Shown here: positions 1-8,614 of the stretch, one piece after another | Numbering within the stretch: the stretch's first letter is position 1 | How the letters are laid out: every line of letters starts with the position of its first letter | From: a virus | Lineage: Duplodnaviria > Caudoviricetes | Reading direction: 5' to 3' (one strand) | Length of the DNA: 40,971 nt | Virus record (IMG/VR): IMGVR_UViG_3300022879_000167 | Location: 1 to 40,971 of that record | Translations under genes and position numbers: made by a program | Notes under the pieces: model-generated | The model's database searches: none | Told to the model about the DNA's origin: nothing | Seen by the model: only the letters and a program-made list of their open reading frames with translations

Positions 1-1065
1 TTATTTCGTGGGCTTTACAATCTCACCCACTCGTCGATAGACCTTCTTGGTCATCTCTTCGGTAGTGTGCCCGAGCAGGCGGCTTGCGTGTGTGAGCTCG
101 ATCTCACTGGCCGCTTTGGGACGGATGTCTTTGAACTGGAATTGGCGGATCAGCACTGCCAGGTCAGAGTCGCCGTCGGCGCCGGCTTTGATGGCAGCTT
201 TCTCGCGGGCTTCGTCCCAACGATTGCGCAGCATCTGCTGACTCATCCGAAGGCCGGATGTGTTGGTGATCAGCCTCGACGTTTTTATGCCGCTGAGTGC
301 ACGGCGTTCCTGCAGGTCATTGATAAAGGCACTGAGCCCGGACTGCACACCTTCATCCTCCAGTCGTAGGCGAAGTTTCTTAGCGGTTTTGCCTTGTTTG
401 ACCATCAGGAACTCGGCGTTTAAATCGGTGGTGGACACCTTCAACACGTCGGCCGGGCGCTGACCGGTCAAGTAGGCGAGGTCCATGGCATCCTTGAGTT
501 CCTGCACGGCTGCGTCGTACACGGCATTCCACACGATATCGCCTGCGTAATAGTCCCGTGGGGTCTCTTTGTTGCGGCGCACACCGAAGCAAGGGTTGGC
601 GTTGTTGGTCAGGCCCCACTCACGGGCGATCGTGAACATATGCGAAAGCAGCGCGATTTCCCGATTCGCCCTGACCTTTGCTGTCCTTGCGTCCCGGTAT
701 TGCGCGACCACCTGAGGTGTAATCGAATCAATGGGGGCTTTCTCAAACGCTTTCCTGAGCTGTTTGAGTTCCTTCATGTTGTCGGATTGGGTGCGTAACC
801 CCTTCGTCGGGATGATCTCTTTCACGTACCTGTCGAACAAAAAGCCCAGCAGATGGTTGGGCTTTGGAGGTGCGCGGCGCTCCAGCCTGGCCCATTCCAC
901 TTTGGCCTGGTCGAGGTCGCCGCCCAAGGGAATCTCCTTGCGTTTACCCTCGGCATCCCTGCCGTTGTAGTAGTACCCAATCCATGTCTTTCCACTCTTT
1001 CGCTTGTGGCATCGTCGGATCATACGCGGGGGTAGATCCCGGTTCGCTGGCGATTTCTGGCGCAT
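1..1065 (-). CDS. int: Phage tyrosine integrase
   Basis: LTGQRPADV (catalytic R), KQGKT, FKDIRPKAAS and LLGHT..MTKKVY motifs; start taken at ATG 1065 just after the upstream gene's stop. Confidence 0.93.
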   Translation of the reverse strand: MRQKSPANRDLPPRMIRRCHKRKSGKTWIGYYYNGRDAEGKRKEIPLGGDLDQAKVEWARLERRAPPKPNHLLGFLFDRYVKEIIPTKGLRTQSDNMKELKQLRKAFEKAPIDSITPQVVAQYRDARTAKVRANREIALLSHMFTIAREWGLTNNANPCFGVRRNKETPRDYYAGDIVWNAVYDAAVQELKDAMDLAYLTGQRPADVLKVSTTDLNAEFLMVKQGKTAKKLRLRLEDEGVQSGLSAFINDLQERRALSGIKTSRLITNTSGLRMSQQMLRNRWDEAREKAAIKAGADGDSDLAVLIRQFQFKDIRPKAASEIELTHASRLLGHTTEEMTKKVYRRVGEIVKPTK

Positions 1066-1067
1066 TG

Positions 1068-1307
1068 TCAGCTCACGTTCGCCAAGTCGAGCGTCCAGGT
1101 TTCGGCCGCCGGGTTCACGGCAGAAGGCGTGACGCCAGCCAGTTTCATTCGGGCGTACACCCGGCCTACAATCGGGCGACGAGCTCCGGTCAGAACATGC
1201 TCCCAATGGTTATCGATCAACCACTGGATCTGTTTCGACGGGATCTGATAGCCGGTGATGGTGGCCAGTTCTTCATCAATGAGGGTTTCGCTTTGGAATT
1301 CCATCAT
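1068..1307 (-). CDS. DUF4224-like small DNA-binding protein, probable excisionase/recombination directionality factor
   Basis: LIDEELATITGY..PSKQIQWL...GARRPIVGR pattern; immediately upstream of int. Confidence 0.7.
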   Translation of the reverse strand: MMEFQSETLIDEELATITGYQIPSKQIQWLIDNHWEHVLTGARRPIVGRVYARMKLAGVTPSAVNPAAETWTLDLANVS

Positions 1308-1314
1308 CACTACC

Positions 1315-2205
1315 TCAGTCGCCACAGAAGCATGCGATTGCTTCGTCGTGGTCTGTGAACATGTCGAATTGGGTGTCGGAGTAGTCGATCATTTGCTGAT
1401 AGCTGGGCCGGTCGAAGCGGAAGCGAGCACCATCGCCAGTGAACTTGCCGCCCGATACCACCTCGCTTTCCATCCTTGCCCACCACAACGCTTTGGGGCG
1501 GTCGCTGGCGATGATCGAATAGACCTGCTTGGCGCCTTTGAGAAAACACAGGTCACAGTTCCCCTCCAGCGTTCTGCCGTTGATCGTCGGTAGCATCAGG
1601 TCGAACGGCTGGGAGTCCCAGAAATCCGTCACGTCCTGTACGCCGACGCCGGCATCAGCCAGCGGCATGGTCATTGATGCCCATTTGCTTTCTGTAGTGC
1701 TTTTCCGGGTTCGGATCTTCGCCACCCTGCGCGGTTCGTCGGCGCGTATGCCGGTCATCATGTCCACCGGTGCTTCTTCGGTCGAAAGGCACAGGGTGCG
1801 CAGGTACTTGTGGATGATCCTTATCTTGAGGTCGATGGTGCAGAACCTGGTTACGGGGTTGGGTAGGTACTTGCGTTTACGAATAAGCGCTTCGAATGGT
1901 TCGCCCTGGCGGCTGGCAGTGGCGTAATCCACCACCGCGAAACCCTTGTCATCGTCGCGAAACTCCAGCCAGATAATGCGTACGGCCCACCGATCTGCGC
2001 ACGCACGGACAAATTCCAGCGTGGCGGGATGCTCTTTGCCGGTGTTGGCAAAAATGATCAGCAGGTATTTGGCAATGTCCTCTGCCGTGTTGTGCAGAAG
2101 CACCATGAACAGCATGTAGGCACTCGTGCGTCCGCCGGAGAAGCTGACAACAGTTGGTCCTGCCATTGCGTAATGTCTGTGCATGTGGTGCGCAGCGCTG
2201 ATCAT
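1315..2205 (-). CDS. PAPS-reductase/adenine nucleotide alpha-hydrolase family protein (phage type)
   Basis: PP-loop SFSGGRTS, FANTGKEHP, RFCTIDLK, GIRADEPRR, GNCDLCFLK, terminal ACFCGD; ATGA overlap and GGAGG SD at 2205. Confidence 0.8.
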   Translation of the reverse strand: MISAAHHMHRHYAMAGPTVVSFSGGRTSAYMLFMVLLHNTAEDIAKYLLIIFANTGKEHPATLEFVRACADRWAVRIIWLEFRDDDKGFAVVDYATASRQGEPFEALIRKRKYLPNPVTRFCTIDLKIRIIHKYLRTLCLSTEEAPVDMMTGIRADEPRRVAKIRTRKSTTESKWASMTMPLADAGVGVQDVTDFWDSQPFDLMLPTINGRTLEGNCDLCFLKGAKQVYSIIASDRPKALWWARMESEVVSGGKFTGDGARFRFDRPSYQQMIDYSDTQFDMFTDHDEAIACFCGD

Positions 2206-2855
2206 GCTGCCTCCCGCTGTTGCAGGGTTATTTCCCACGGATCATTAGCGCGGGCCAGCGCGGTCATAGGCGGCGGGCTGACGCTGTTACCACACATGTG
2301 CACCTGCTGAGTGACGGTGAAGGGCTTACCGTCGGCACCGTGGGTGATGTGGTAGTCCGCTGGAAAGCCCTGAGCCTTGTACAGCTCGGCTGGCTTGAGC
2401 ATCCGCAGGCAGATGTCGACGATTACGTAGGGCGTGCCTAGGCTGTGATACCACCTAATCCCGTGGTGGCTCTCCTGCAGTAGGGTGTCGGCAATCGTCA
2501 GTGCGCATCGTTTGCCACTGACTGCCCCGTTCTCCATGGCCTTTCGTAAGGATGAGGCCAGAACACAGGGCGCGCTGATCACGGCCTGTTCTTGTGCTGT
2601 GGGCGACAAGAGTGGGAGGTGCGTATACCCCTTAACAGGCTGCGCGAGCGGGCGTGCCTGAGCGTTTAGCGTTGCATCGGCGAGCGCTGCCCTGCGCAGC
2701 TTTTCGTGGGGTATAAGTGCCTCGGCAGTGGCGCTGGAAGGGGCAATAATGCCTGCTGCTGCGCAGCAGAGACTGTTTGTTTCTAGCGTGTTGACCCCAC
2801 CTACAGCGCGGAGCAAAGCGGGCTGTGCATTGGCTTTATCCTGGTGGTCCTTCAT
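2202..2855 (-). pseudogene. Chimeric ORF ending in the C-terminal fragment of a phage C5-cytosine DNA methyltransferase
   Basis: Last ~75 aa (DICLRMLKPAELYKAQGFP..QVHMCGNSVSPP) match C5-MTase motifs IX/X; no motif I (FxGxG) or IV (PC) upstream. Confidence 0.7.
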
Positions 2856-3394
2856 GCCGCTTTTCTCCGATGTTCGATAGCGAGTTGGTCCATCAGCCGC
2901 TGGTGGTAGGTGAGCCGGGCTTCGGCGGCAGGCCATGGGCGGATGGTTTCGACCATGGGTTCGATACCGACCAAGCAATCCCAGATAGCTGGATCGGTTG
3001 GCATGAGGTCGCGGCGCTCGGTCGCCAGTGCAATCAGGTCGGCTTGGTGCACGCTGGCAGGAAGATCCAAGGCCAAGTCGAAGCGCTTACAAACGCGCCC
3101 CCAGATCACGTCCTCAAAGCCCCGGTAGTCTGGCATCCACTGCTTGAGTGGGCGGGTGATGTCACCCAGGTATGCCTCTGTGGCGTCGTGAAGTAAGGCC
3201 GTGAGCTTGTGTTCTTCCGGTACCAGCGCGGCGACGATGCAGCTGTGTTGGGCCACGCTGTAGAACTCGCGGGTGTGGCCGTTGAATCGGCACAGGTGGG
3301 CCAGCGCGTGCGAGATGTCCCGTGGGTCGATCATGTCGGCGTCAGGCTCGAACAAGTCGAAGCGTTTGCCGCTGGAGGTGAGGATCCAGTTCAT
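2852..3394 (-). CDS. HD-domain phosphohydrolase (YfbR-like 5'-deoxynucleotidase family)
   Basis: DISHALAHLCRFNGH..YSVAQHS, LLHDATEAYLGD, ADLIALATE. Confidence 0.85.
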   Translation of the reverse strand: MNWILTSSGKRFDLFEPDADMIDPRDISHALAHLCRFNGHTREFYSVAQHSCIVAALVPEEHKLTALLHDATEAYLGDITRPLKQWMPDYRGFEDVIWGRVCKRFDLALDLPASVHQADLIALATERRDLMPTDPAIWDCLVGIEPMVETIRPWPAAEARLTYHQRLMDQLAIEHRRKAA

Positions 3395-3612
3395 GCGGCT
3401 TCCCTCCCCAGGTCGGCCAGGAGTAAGGCGTTGTCGGTTGCCTTGTGCAATTGGCGCAAAGCTTCATATCCGATCAGTGCTTTCAACTGGCGGTCGAACT
3501 CTTTGCTGTAGCGGGTCAGGGCGCGAAGATCCTTGGTGGCCTTTGCATGTTGCTGTTGCAGTGTGCCGGCGGCCTGGGGCGTTAGACGCAGCATCGGAAT
3601 GGCCTGGCTCAT
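3391..3612 (-). CDS. Hypothetical phage protein
   Basis: ATGA-coupled to both neighbours, ends in the typical -EAA. Confidence 0.7.
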   Translation of the reverse strand: MSQAIPMLRLTPQAAGTLQQQHAKATKDLRALTRYSKEFDRQLKALIGYEALRQLHKATDNALLLADLGREAA

Positions 3613-4196
3613 ACGTCACCGCCACAAGCTTTGTTTTGTTGGGCGACGGCATCTTGGTGAGTTGGTTGAAAATAAAGAGCCGCTTTTTCGGCGTCTTTCG
3701 GACACATTTTTATCTTCGGGCTTTCTCCGATCACTAGTCGGCGAGTCTGGGCCTCAGTGGTCGAATTATTCACTTCAGTCGCGGCCATTTCTGGTGCAGC
3801 TGGGTCCAGCAAAGCTGCCATGGCGAGCGCTTGGTCGCGGAGGGTAAGTGAGTCGCGCTCTAGCTTTTTCCCGGTGCGAAACGCACTGAAGGTTTCCGCC
3901 GCAATCCGCAGTTTGTCGGCAATGTCCAGCAGCGTCTGGCGCGCCGGATCCCCCAGCTTCGATGCATCCAATGCCCGTTTGTAGTGGTCAAACAGTTGCT
4001 TGTGGTGAGACTGGGCTTGCTCAAGCATTAGTTCCAGGTTCCGGATGGCGCCTGAGTTATCTGATTGCTGAATAGCCTTGCCTTCATCCATGCCTTCGAT
4101 GCGTCCATCAATCAGGCCTCCCCTATAGCCGACCCAATAGAGGATCGCGGCTGCGAAAATCATGCTGATCAATGCGCAGATTTGAATCGTTGTCAT
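3609..4196 (-). CDS. Hypothetical protein with N-terminal membrane anchor and coiled coil
   Basis: AGGAG SD; hydrophobic ICALISMIFAAAILYWVGY N-terminus. Confidence 0.7.
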   Translation of the reverse strand: MTTIQICALISMIFAAAILYWVGYRGGLIDGRIEGMDEGKAIQQSDNSGAIRNLELMLEQAQSHHKQLFDHYKRALDASKLGDPARQTLLDIADKLRIAAETFSAFRTGKKLERDSLTLRDQALAMAALLDPAAPEMAATEVNNSTTEAQTRRLVIGESPKIKMCPKDAEKAALYFQPTHQDAVAQQNKACGGDV

Positions 4197-4253
4197 GTGG
4201 TGTGCTCCTGGCTGTTTCGTTGGCTGGTGGTGGCAGCCGTTTGGTTACTGGTC

Positions 4254-4571
4254 TTACTCGGTTAAATCGTTTGGAGGCCTCGGCATGTCCTCGTCTGCCT
4301 TGTAGGCGCGGATGTCGATCAGTGCCGCGACGTGCTTGATGTGCGCGTACCGCAACGCCTTCACACTGTGATCCAGCGTGGTCACCGGTAGTTGAATCCG
4401 CCCGCTGTTGATCGCCTCGGTGAAGGTCTTTTCATTGAGGTTCTTGAAGTAGTGCACGCGCAGCTTTTCCAGGGGGATAAGCACGTCACCGAAGAGTTGG
4501 TGCAGCATCTCGACGGTCGCGCTATCCGGCGCGGGTTGCAGTCGTAGCGGTGCTTGACTGTTGTTGCTCAT
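4254..4571 (-). CDS. prtN: Pyocin activator PrtN-family transcriptional regulator
   Basis: LFGDVLIPLEKLRVHYFKNLNEKTF..INSGRIQLPV..S.KA.RY.HI.H.AALID pattern. Confidence 0.75.
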   Translation of the reverse strand: MSNNSQAPLRLQPAPDSATVEMLHQLFGDVLIPLEKLRVHYFKNLNEKTFTEAINSGRIQLPVTTLDHSVKALRYAHIKHVAALIDIRAYKADEDMPRPPNDLTE

Positions 4572-4740
4572 GGGCAGCGGCCTCCTTGCGTTTGAGTCGT
4601 GAAGGGTGGTTCCAGGCGTTCAGGCAATGGCGTTTGGTCAGCTCCCGCAGATGCTCCGGCACTTCGAGGAGCGCGGCGTTGCGCTCCTCGCGTGTGTGCA
4701 TGGCGACGATCTGGCGGGCGTACTCCCTAGGCCACGTCAC
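4522..4740 (-). CDS. Hypothetical phage protein (GTG start, TWPREYARQI...)
   Basis: Fills the gap between the antirepressor and prtN and overlaps both. Confidence 0.55.
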   Translation of the reverse strand: MTWPREYARQIVAMHTREERNAALLEVPEHLRELTKRHCLNAWNHPSRLKRKEAAAHEQQQSSTATTATRAG

Positions 4741-5011
4741 GGTCGTCTCCCGGGATGGCTGGTAGTTCGAGGCCCAACTGTTCGGCGAGCCAGCGGATGC
4801 CAGCTTGGCGGACCTTGGTCGACTGGCTGTACTGCATGCCGGCGGTTTCGTGGTACCAGTGGCCGTCCTTGACTCGCAGGTACTGGCGGTCCCGCACCGG
4901 AAAAGTCGGTAGGTTGCGGTCGTTGAGCAGGCCCTTTCCACGCATGAGTGCGATCAACTTGGGTCGGGTGAGGCCGAAGTACTTGGCTGTTTTTTCCAGG
5001 CTACGTTCCAT
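4727..5011 (-). CDS. Phage antirepressor KilAC/ANT-domain protein
   Basis: TAKYFGLTRPKLIALMRGKGLL..NLP...TKVRQAGIRWL; GGAGG SD. Confidence 0.75.
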   Translation of the reverse strand: MERSLEKTAKYFGLTRPKLIALMRGKGLLNDRNLPTFPVRDRQYLRVKDGHWYHETAGMQYSQSTKVRQAGIRWLAEQLGLELPAIPGDDRDVA

Positions 5012-5020
5012 TTCGGCCTC

Positions 5021-5602
5021 CTAAGCAGCATGCGCGGCGGGTGTCGCCACGGCGGCGAGGTGGGTGATGGATTCGGCCACCATGGAGTAGATCTCCACGT
5101 CGCTGCCGTACACCGTGAAACACTTGGTGCGCGGCTTTCTGACGCCGATGCTCATGATGGTGGTGATGCCGGCGCGGGTTTTGTTGCGGTGGATTGCCAA
5201 GTTGATCGGTTGCTCGAAGCCCATATCGAGACTGAGCGCGCCACCGGTTTGCACCAGGTCGAATACCTGCTGCTTGTGTCCGGTCTCGAACACGCCGTAG
5301 CGGCGCTCTACGTGCGGCAAGGACGATGGATCAGTTGGGTTGGTTGGCCCGTTGACGATCTCCTCAATGAAGTCCGCAAGCTTGAGGTGCATCTTCTTGG
5401 TGTTGGCCAGGGTCAGCGTGTGGCGCTCGCTGCCCAGTTCAACGGTGAAGTGCGTGTCGACTTTTCGGCGCTCGACATTCAGGCGGAAGGCCAGGGCTTC
5501 ACGTTGTGTTTCGGCGCGCAAGATATGGTTGAAGGTCTCGGTCAGGCTGACTTGGGCCTTGAGCAGGGTCAGCGTACGGTTGTCGAGTTTGTACTTGCTC
5601 AT
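5021..5602 (-). CDS. Hypothetical phage protein
   Basis: Long ORF in operon order with phage-like codon usage and a GGAGG upstream. Confidence 0.75.
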   Translation of the reverse strand: MSKYKLDNRTLTLLKAQVSLTETFNHILRAETQREALAFRLNVERRKVDTHFTVELGSERHTLTLANTKKMHLKLADFIEEIVNGPTNPTDPSSLPHVERRYGVFETGHKQQVFDLVQTGGALSLDMGFEQPINLAIHRNKTRAGITTIMSIGVRKPRTKCFTVYGSDVEIYSMVAESITHLAAVATPAAHAA

Positions 5603-5775
5603 GCCGCTTGCCCTCCGCCGTTTGGACCAAATGGGGCAGGCACGGAGCGTTGTTTCAGCTTGGGTTTGGACGCGATGAAGGCGCAGCCGCAGTCTTGTGC
5701 CAGGCGGCGGATTTCGAAGATGCGGGAGGGGTTAGCAGCGGCCGGGTGGACGTGCAGGGTGGCTGTGGTGTGCAT
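5599..5775 (-). CDS. Small hypothetical protein, first gene of the PL operon (MHTTATLHVHPAAANPSRIFEIRRLAQDCGC..., 58 aa; below the ORF track cutoff)
   Basis: Translated by hand; GAGG SD, ATGA overlap with the next gene. Confidence 0.65.
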   Translation of the reverse strand: MHTTATLHVHPAAANPSRIFEIRRLAQDCGCAFIASKPKLKQRSVPAPFGPNGGGQAA

Positions 5776-5810
5776 GATGTTGCCTCGCTCTGTGGTGGAA
5801 GAGTGAGGTA

Positions 5811-5839
5811 AATATCAACCAGCGGTTGATTTATGTCAA
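5811..5839 (-). promoter_or_regulatory. PL promoter with OL operator
   Basis: Minus strand TTGACA-N17-GATATT; palindrome ATCAACC-AGC-GGTTGAT (5814-5830) lies in the spacer. Confidence 0.85.
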
Positions 5840-5978
5840 CTATTGATAAATTGGTGCTTTTTTATGGTTTCGGATGATGCTGAAGTGACATGGATAGTGG
5901 CCACATAGTATCGTCTATTGCTCTGCTACCTGATGGTTAGCTCTAGTGACTTAGATCCTTTCGCAAATGGAGTTGTAA

Positions 5979-7790
5979 ATGAGTGATACTGAAGGTCTCG
6001 ATCCGGGAAAATTTGCAGCTGACTTTGTAGCTGCAAACATTGAGAAAATATATAAATTAGGGCGTCAGGCGTGGGGCAGCATTGATGAGGCCGCGCAAAT
6101 AAAACTTAGAACTGCCTATGCTGATTACCTAAAAATTACAAGAGAACGTTATTCAAAGTCTAAATCGTTTTTTATTAGGTCGCAGTCTGTTGATTTGTAT
6201 AGTTACTATGTGTCAACAGGAATCAGGTGTGGCAATTATGTAATTAATACTCCAAATTTTTATAATTGTATTGATGGCTTTAGTCGTATTGTCATTACAG
6301 GCACTGGTGGGAGCGGGAAATCTGTATTGATGAAGCACCTCTTTCTGGATTGTATTCGGGATAAGCGTTATGTCCCTATTATGATGGAGCTTAGGGATAT
6401 TAATGCTGAAAAAATTTCTGTAGAGGAGTTCATTCGAAGAGTTTTGGATGAGAGTGGATTTGATACCAGAGGTGATTACATAAAAAAAGCAATGAAAGCT
6501 GGCCATTTTTGCTTCTTTTTTGATGGATACGATGAGGTAGATCACGATCTACGGCCTCAGGTAATTAGGCAGATTATGAGTCTGGTGAATCGTTACTCAG
6601 ATTGTCCCTTTATAATGTCATCTAGACCCGATGATGTTTTTAACGGTCTGAATGCATTTAATGAATTCAGGATTATGCCTCTCAGTCTCGAGTCTGCCTC
6701 TGAGCTTGTAGACAAGCTTCCATTTGATGCGGAGATAAAGGGAAAATTTCAGCGGGATTTAGCAGGCAGTTTATTTGAAAGCCATAAATCATTTTTATCT
6801 AATCCATTGCTTTTGTCTATTATGCTTCTGACTTATGGTGAGAATGCAGAGATACCTAATAAGCAAAGTATCTTTTATAATCAGGCCTATGAGGCTCTTT
6901 TTCAAAGGCATGATGCGAATAAAGGGGCTTATACAAGAGTAAGGCTAACAAAGCTCGATATACAGGATTTTGCAAGAATTTTTTCCCTGTTTTCGGTGCA
7001 GACCTTTCAAAAGAGACTTTTCAAAATGTCTCGCTCAGATTGTCTTACTTACATTGAAGTAAGTCGCGATGCTCTGCAGAAAAAATTTAAGGCTCAGGAT
7101 TATCTGGGTGATCTTCTTGGCGCAGCGTGCCTAATGATCGAGGATGGGCTAGATGTAGCATTTTCGCATCGGTCCTTTCAGGAGTATTTTGTAGCTTTAT
7201 ATCTGTCGACCGCTGCTCCTGAGGTACAAATTAAACTAATAAAGATGTATTGGGAGAATATGTCCTCTGATAATGTAATGTCGCTATTATATGAAATAAA
7301 CCCTGATTTGGTTGAAAGGATGTTGTTGGTTCCAGAGTTGGAAAGGTTTTTTGCGGAGTTGGGAGTTAAGAAGAGTGTGGGGGTGACCCATGCTGCTAAG
7401 TATTTAAAAACTTGCTATACAAGCTTCATAATAGATCCCTCTATGTTCCATGCGACATCCGATAAATCATCTAAGATGGTTGCCAGATGGGATAAGCTCA
7501 CGAGTTTTACTCTGATGCATATATTGAAGGTTTCGCGTCTTACAGATGAGTACGTTTCCGATCTCTCGCTTGAAATGGATAAAAAATATGGCGCGAATTC
7601 ACCAGGTGGGAATATTGATTACCCTAGCAAGGGTATGACATACAAAACACCACTTTTGATTGATATTATGAATAGTAAAGGTCATTTTTCTAAGGAGTAC
7701 TTAGATAATATGTATTCGTACTATAAAACAATAAAATCCAAAAATGATAATGTAATGTCGGACCTTAAAAAAATGCTTGGTTTGAAATAG
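5979..7790 (+). CDS. NACHT-domain STAND NTPase (bacterial NLR-related, probable anti-phage moron)
   Basis: Walker A GTGGSGKS, Walker B FFFDGYDEV, SSRP, NPLLLSIMLLTY, winged-helix FSHRSFQEYFVA; GGAG SD; visibly AT-rich relative to flanks. Confidence 0.88.
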   Translation: MSDTEGLDPGKFAADFVAANIEKIYKLGRQAWGSIDEAAQIKLRTAYADYLKITRERYSKSKSFFIRSQSVDLYSYYVSTGIRCGNYVINTPNFYNCIDGFSRIVITGTGGSGKSVLMKHLFLDCIRDKRYVPIMMELRDINAEKISVEEFIRRVLDESGFDTRGDYIKKAMKAGHFCFFFDGYDEVDHDLRPQVIRQIMSLVNRYSDCPFIMSSRPDDVFNGLNAFNEFRIMPLSLESASELVDKLPFDAEIKGKFQRDLAGSLFESHKSFLSNPLLLSIMLLTYGENAEIPNKQSIFYNQAYEALFQRHDANKGAYTRVRLTKLDIQDFARIFSLFSVQTFQKRLFKMSRSDCLTYIEVSRDALQKKFKAQDYLGDLLGAACLMIEDGLDVAFSHRSFQEYFVALYLSTAAPEVQIKLIKMYWENMSSDNVMSLLYEINPDLVERMLLVPELERFFAELGVKKSVGVTHAAKYLKTCYTSFIIDPSMFHATSDKSSKMVARWDKLTSFTLMHILKVSRLTDEYVSDLSLEMDKKYGANSPGGNIDYPSKGMTYKTPLLIDIMNSKGHFSKEYLDNMYSYYKTIKSKNDNVMSDLKKMLGLK

Positions 7791-7810
7791 GTTTTTATGC
7801 TTCTTACTGG

Positions 7811-8536
7811 TCACTCCGGTATGAAGCTACCAACTACTTTTCCGCAAATGTGCGTTTCCTCCGTAATATCAATGATTGGATATTGCGGATTGATTGGTCT
7901 TAAAAACTGCCGGCCGGCATCTTCTACTAGTATTTTGAAGGTGGCCTCGTTTGTTCGCGGCACTCTTGCGATCACACGATCTCCAGTCTTCGTTTCAGCC
8001 TCAGGATCTACGAATATAATGCACCCAGTGGGATAGCTACGTCCGGGGCCTGGATTAGTCATCGAGTCCCCAAGTACCTTTAGTGCATACCCGTTCCCGC
8101 TTATAGGAACAGGACAAGAGAGCCACGTCTCACCATCATGCTGTTCAAAATTTGATTCGCACCAAGCTCCTGCTTGAACCCATGATATCAAAGGGACCTT
8201 GCCAAAAAGCCGCGTTATCTCGCCAACATTGGTTTCATTGCCAGATGGGAACTGTTTAACGTTACTCTCGACCGTTTGCTTTTTAGGTAAAACACCATAT
8301 TCAAGCCATTCCCTGCGTACCTTCAGCCATGAACAGAGTGCGACCATACTATCTGCTTCAGCTATTGCATCACCATTCAACCACTTGCTTATTGCTTGGG
8401 GGCTTTTTCCCAGCCCTACGCTCTTAAGATACTTATGGATATCCACCCCACGACCGCGGGTGCGTACACCGGCATCGTCGAGGGCTTCGTGAAGGCGCGC
8501 CGTGAAAGCTGCCCGTAGCTCGTTCTTATCAACCAT
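7811..8536 (-). CDS. cI: CI-type repressor (N-terminal HTH plus S24 autopeptidase; PrtR-like)
   Basis: QAISKWLNG HTH; VPLISWVQAG cleavage site, GDSM catalytic Ser, ATFK catalytic Lys; divergent from cro. Confidence 0.92.
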   Translation of the reverse strand: MVDKNELRAAFTARLHEALDDAGVRTRGRGVDIHKYLKSVGLGKSPQAISKWLNGDAIAEADSMVALCSWLKVRREWLEYGVLPKKQTVESNVKQFPSGNETNVGEITRLFGKVPLISWVQAGAWCESNFEQHDGETWLSCPVPISGNGYALKVLGDSMTNPGPGRSYPTGCIIFVDPEAETKTGDRVIARVPRTNEATFKILVEDAGRQFLRPINPQYPIIDITEETHICGKVVGSFIPE

Positions 8537-8600
8537 GAGTTGATACTCTCACAGGGGTTGCGCAATAGTCAGTTGATGTTAATATCAACCGAGAGTTGAT
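8528..8600. promoter_or_regulatory. OR operator triplet
   Basis: 17-mers ATCAACCATGAGTTGAT (8528-8544, spans the cI start codon), CGCAATAGTCAGTTGAT (8561-8577, degenerate) and ATCAACCGAGAGTTGAT (8584-8600), matching the OL palindrome. Confidence 0.85.
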
Positions 8601-8614
8601 AAATGGAGGTTGCC

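Noticed and set aside
1066-1206. N-terminal extension of the integrase ORF in the track
   Set aside because: Overlaps the DUF4224-like gene in another frame; ATG 1065 is the natural coupled start
5030-5806. 258-aa + strand ORF and the many other long opposite-strand ORFs (e.g. 10796-11734, 14915-16009, 28127-29158, 30134-31216)
   Set aside because: Shadow frames of well-supported GC-rich genes, with no motifs or SD
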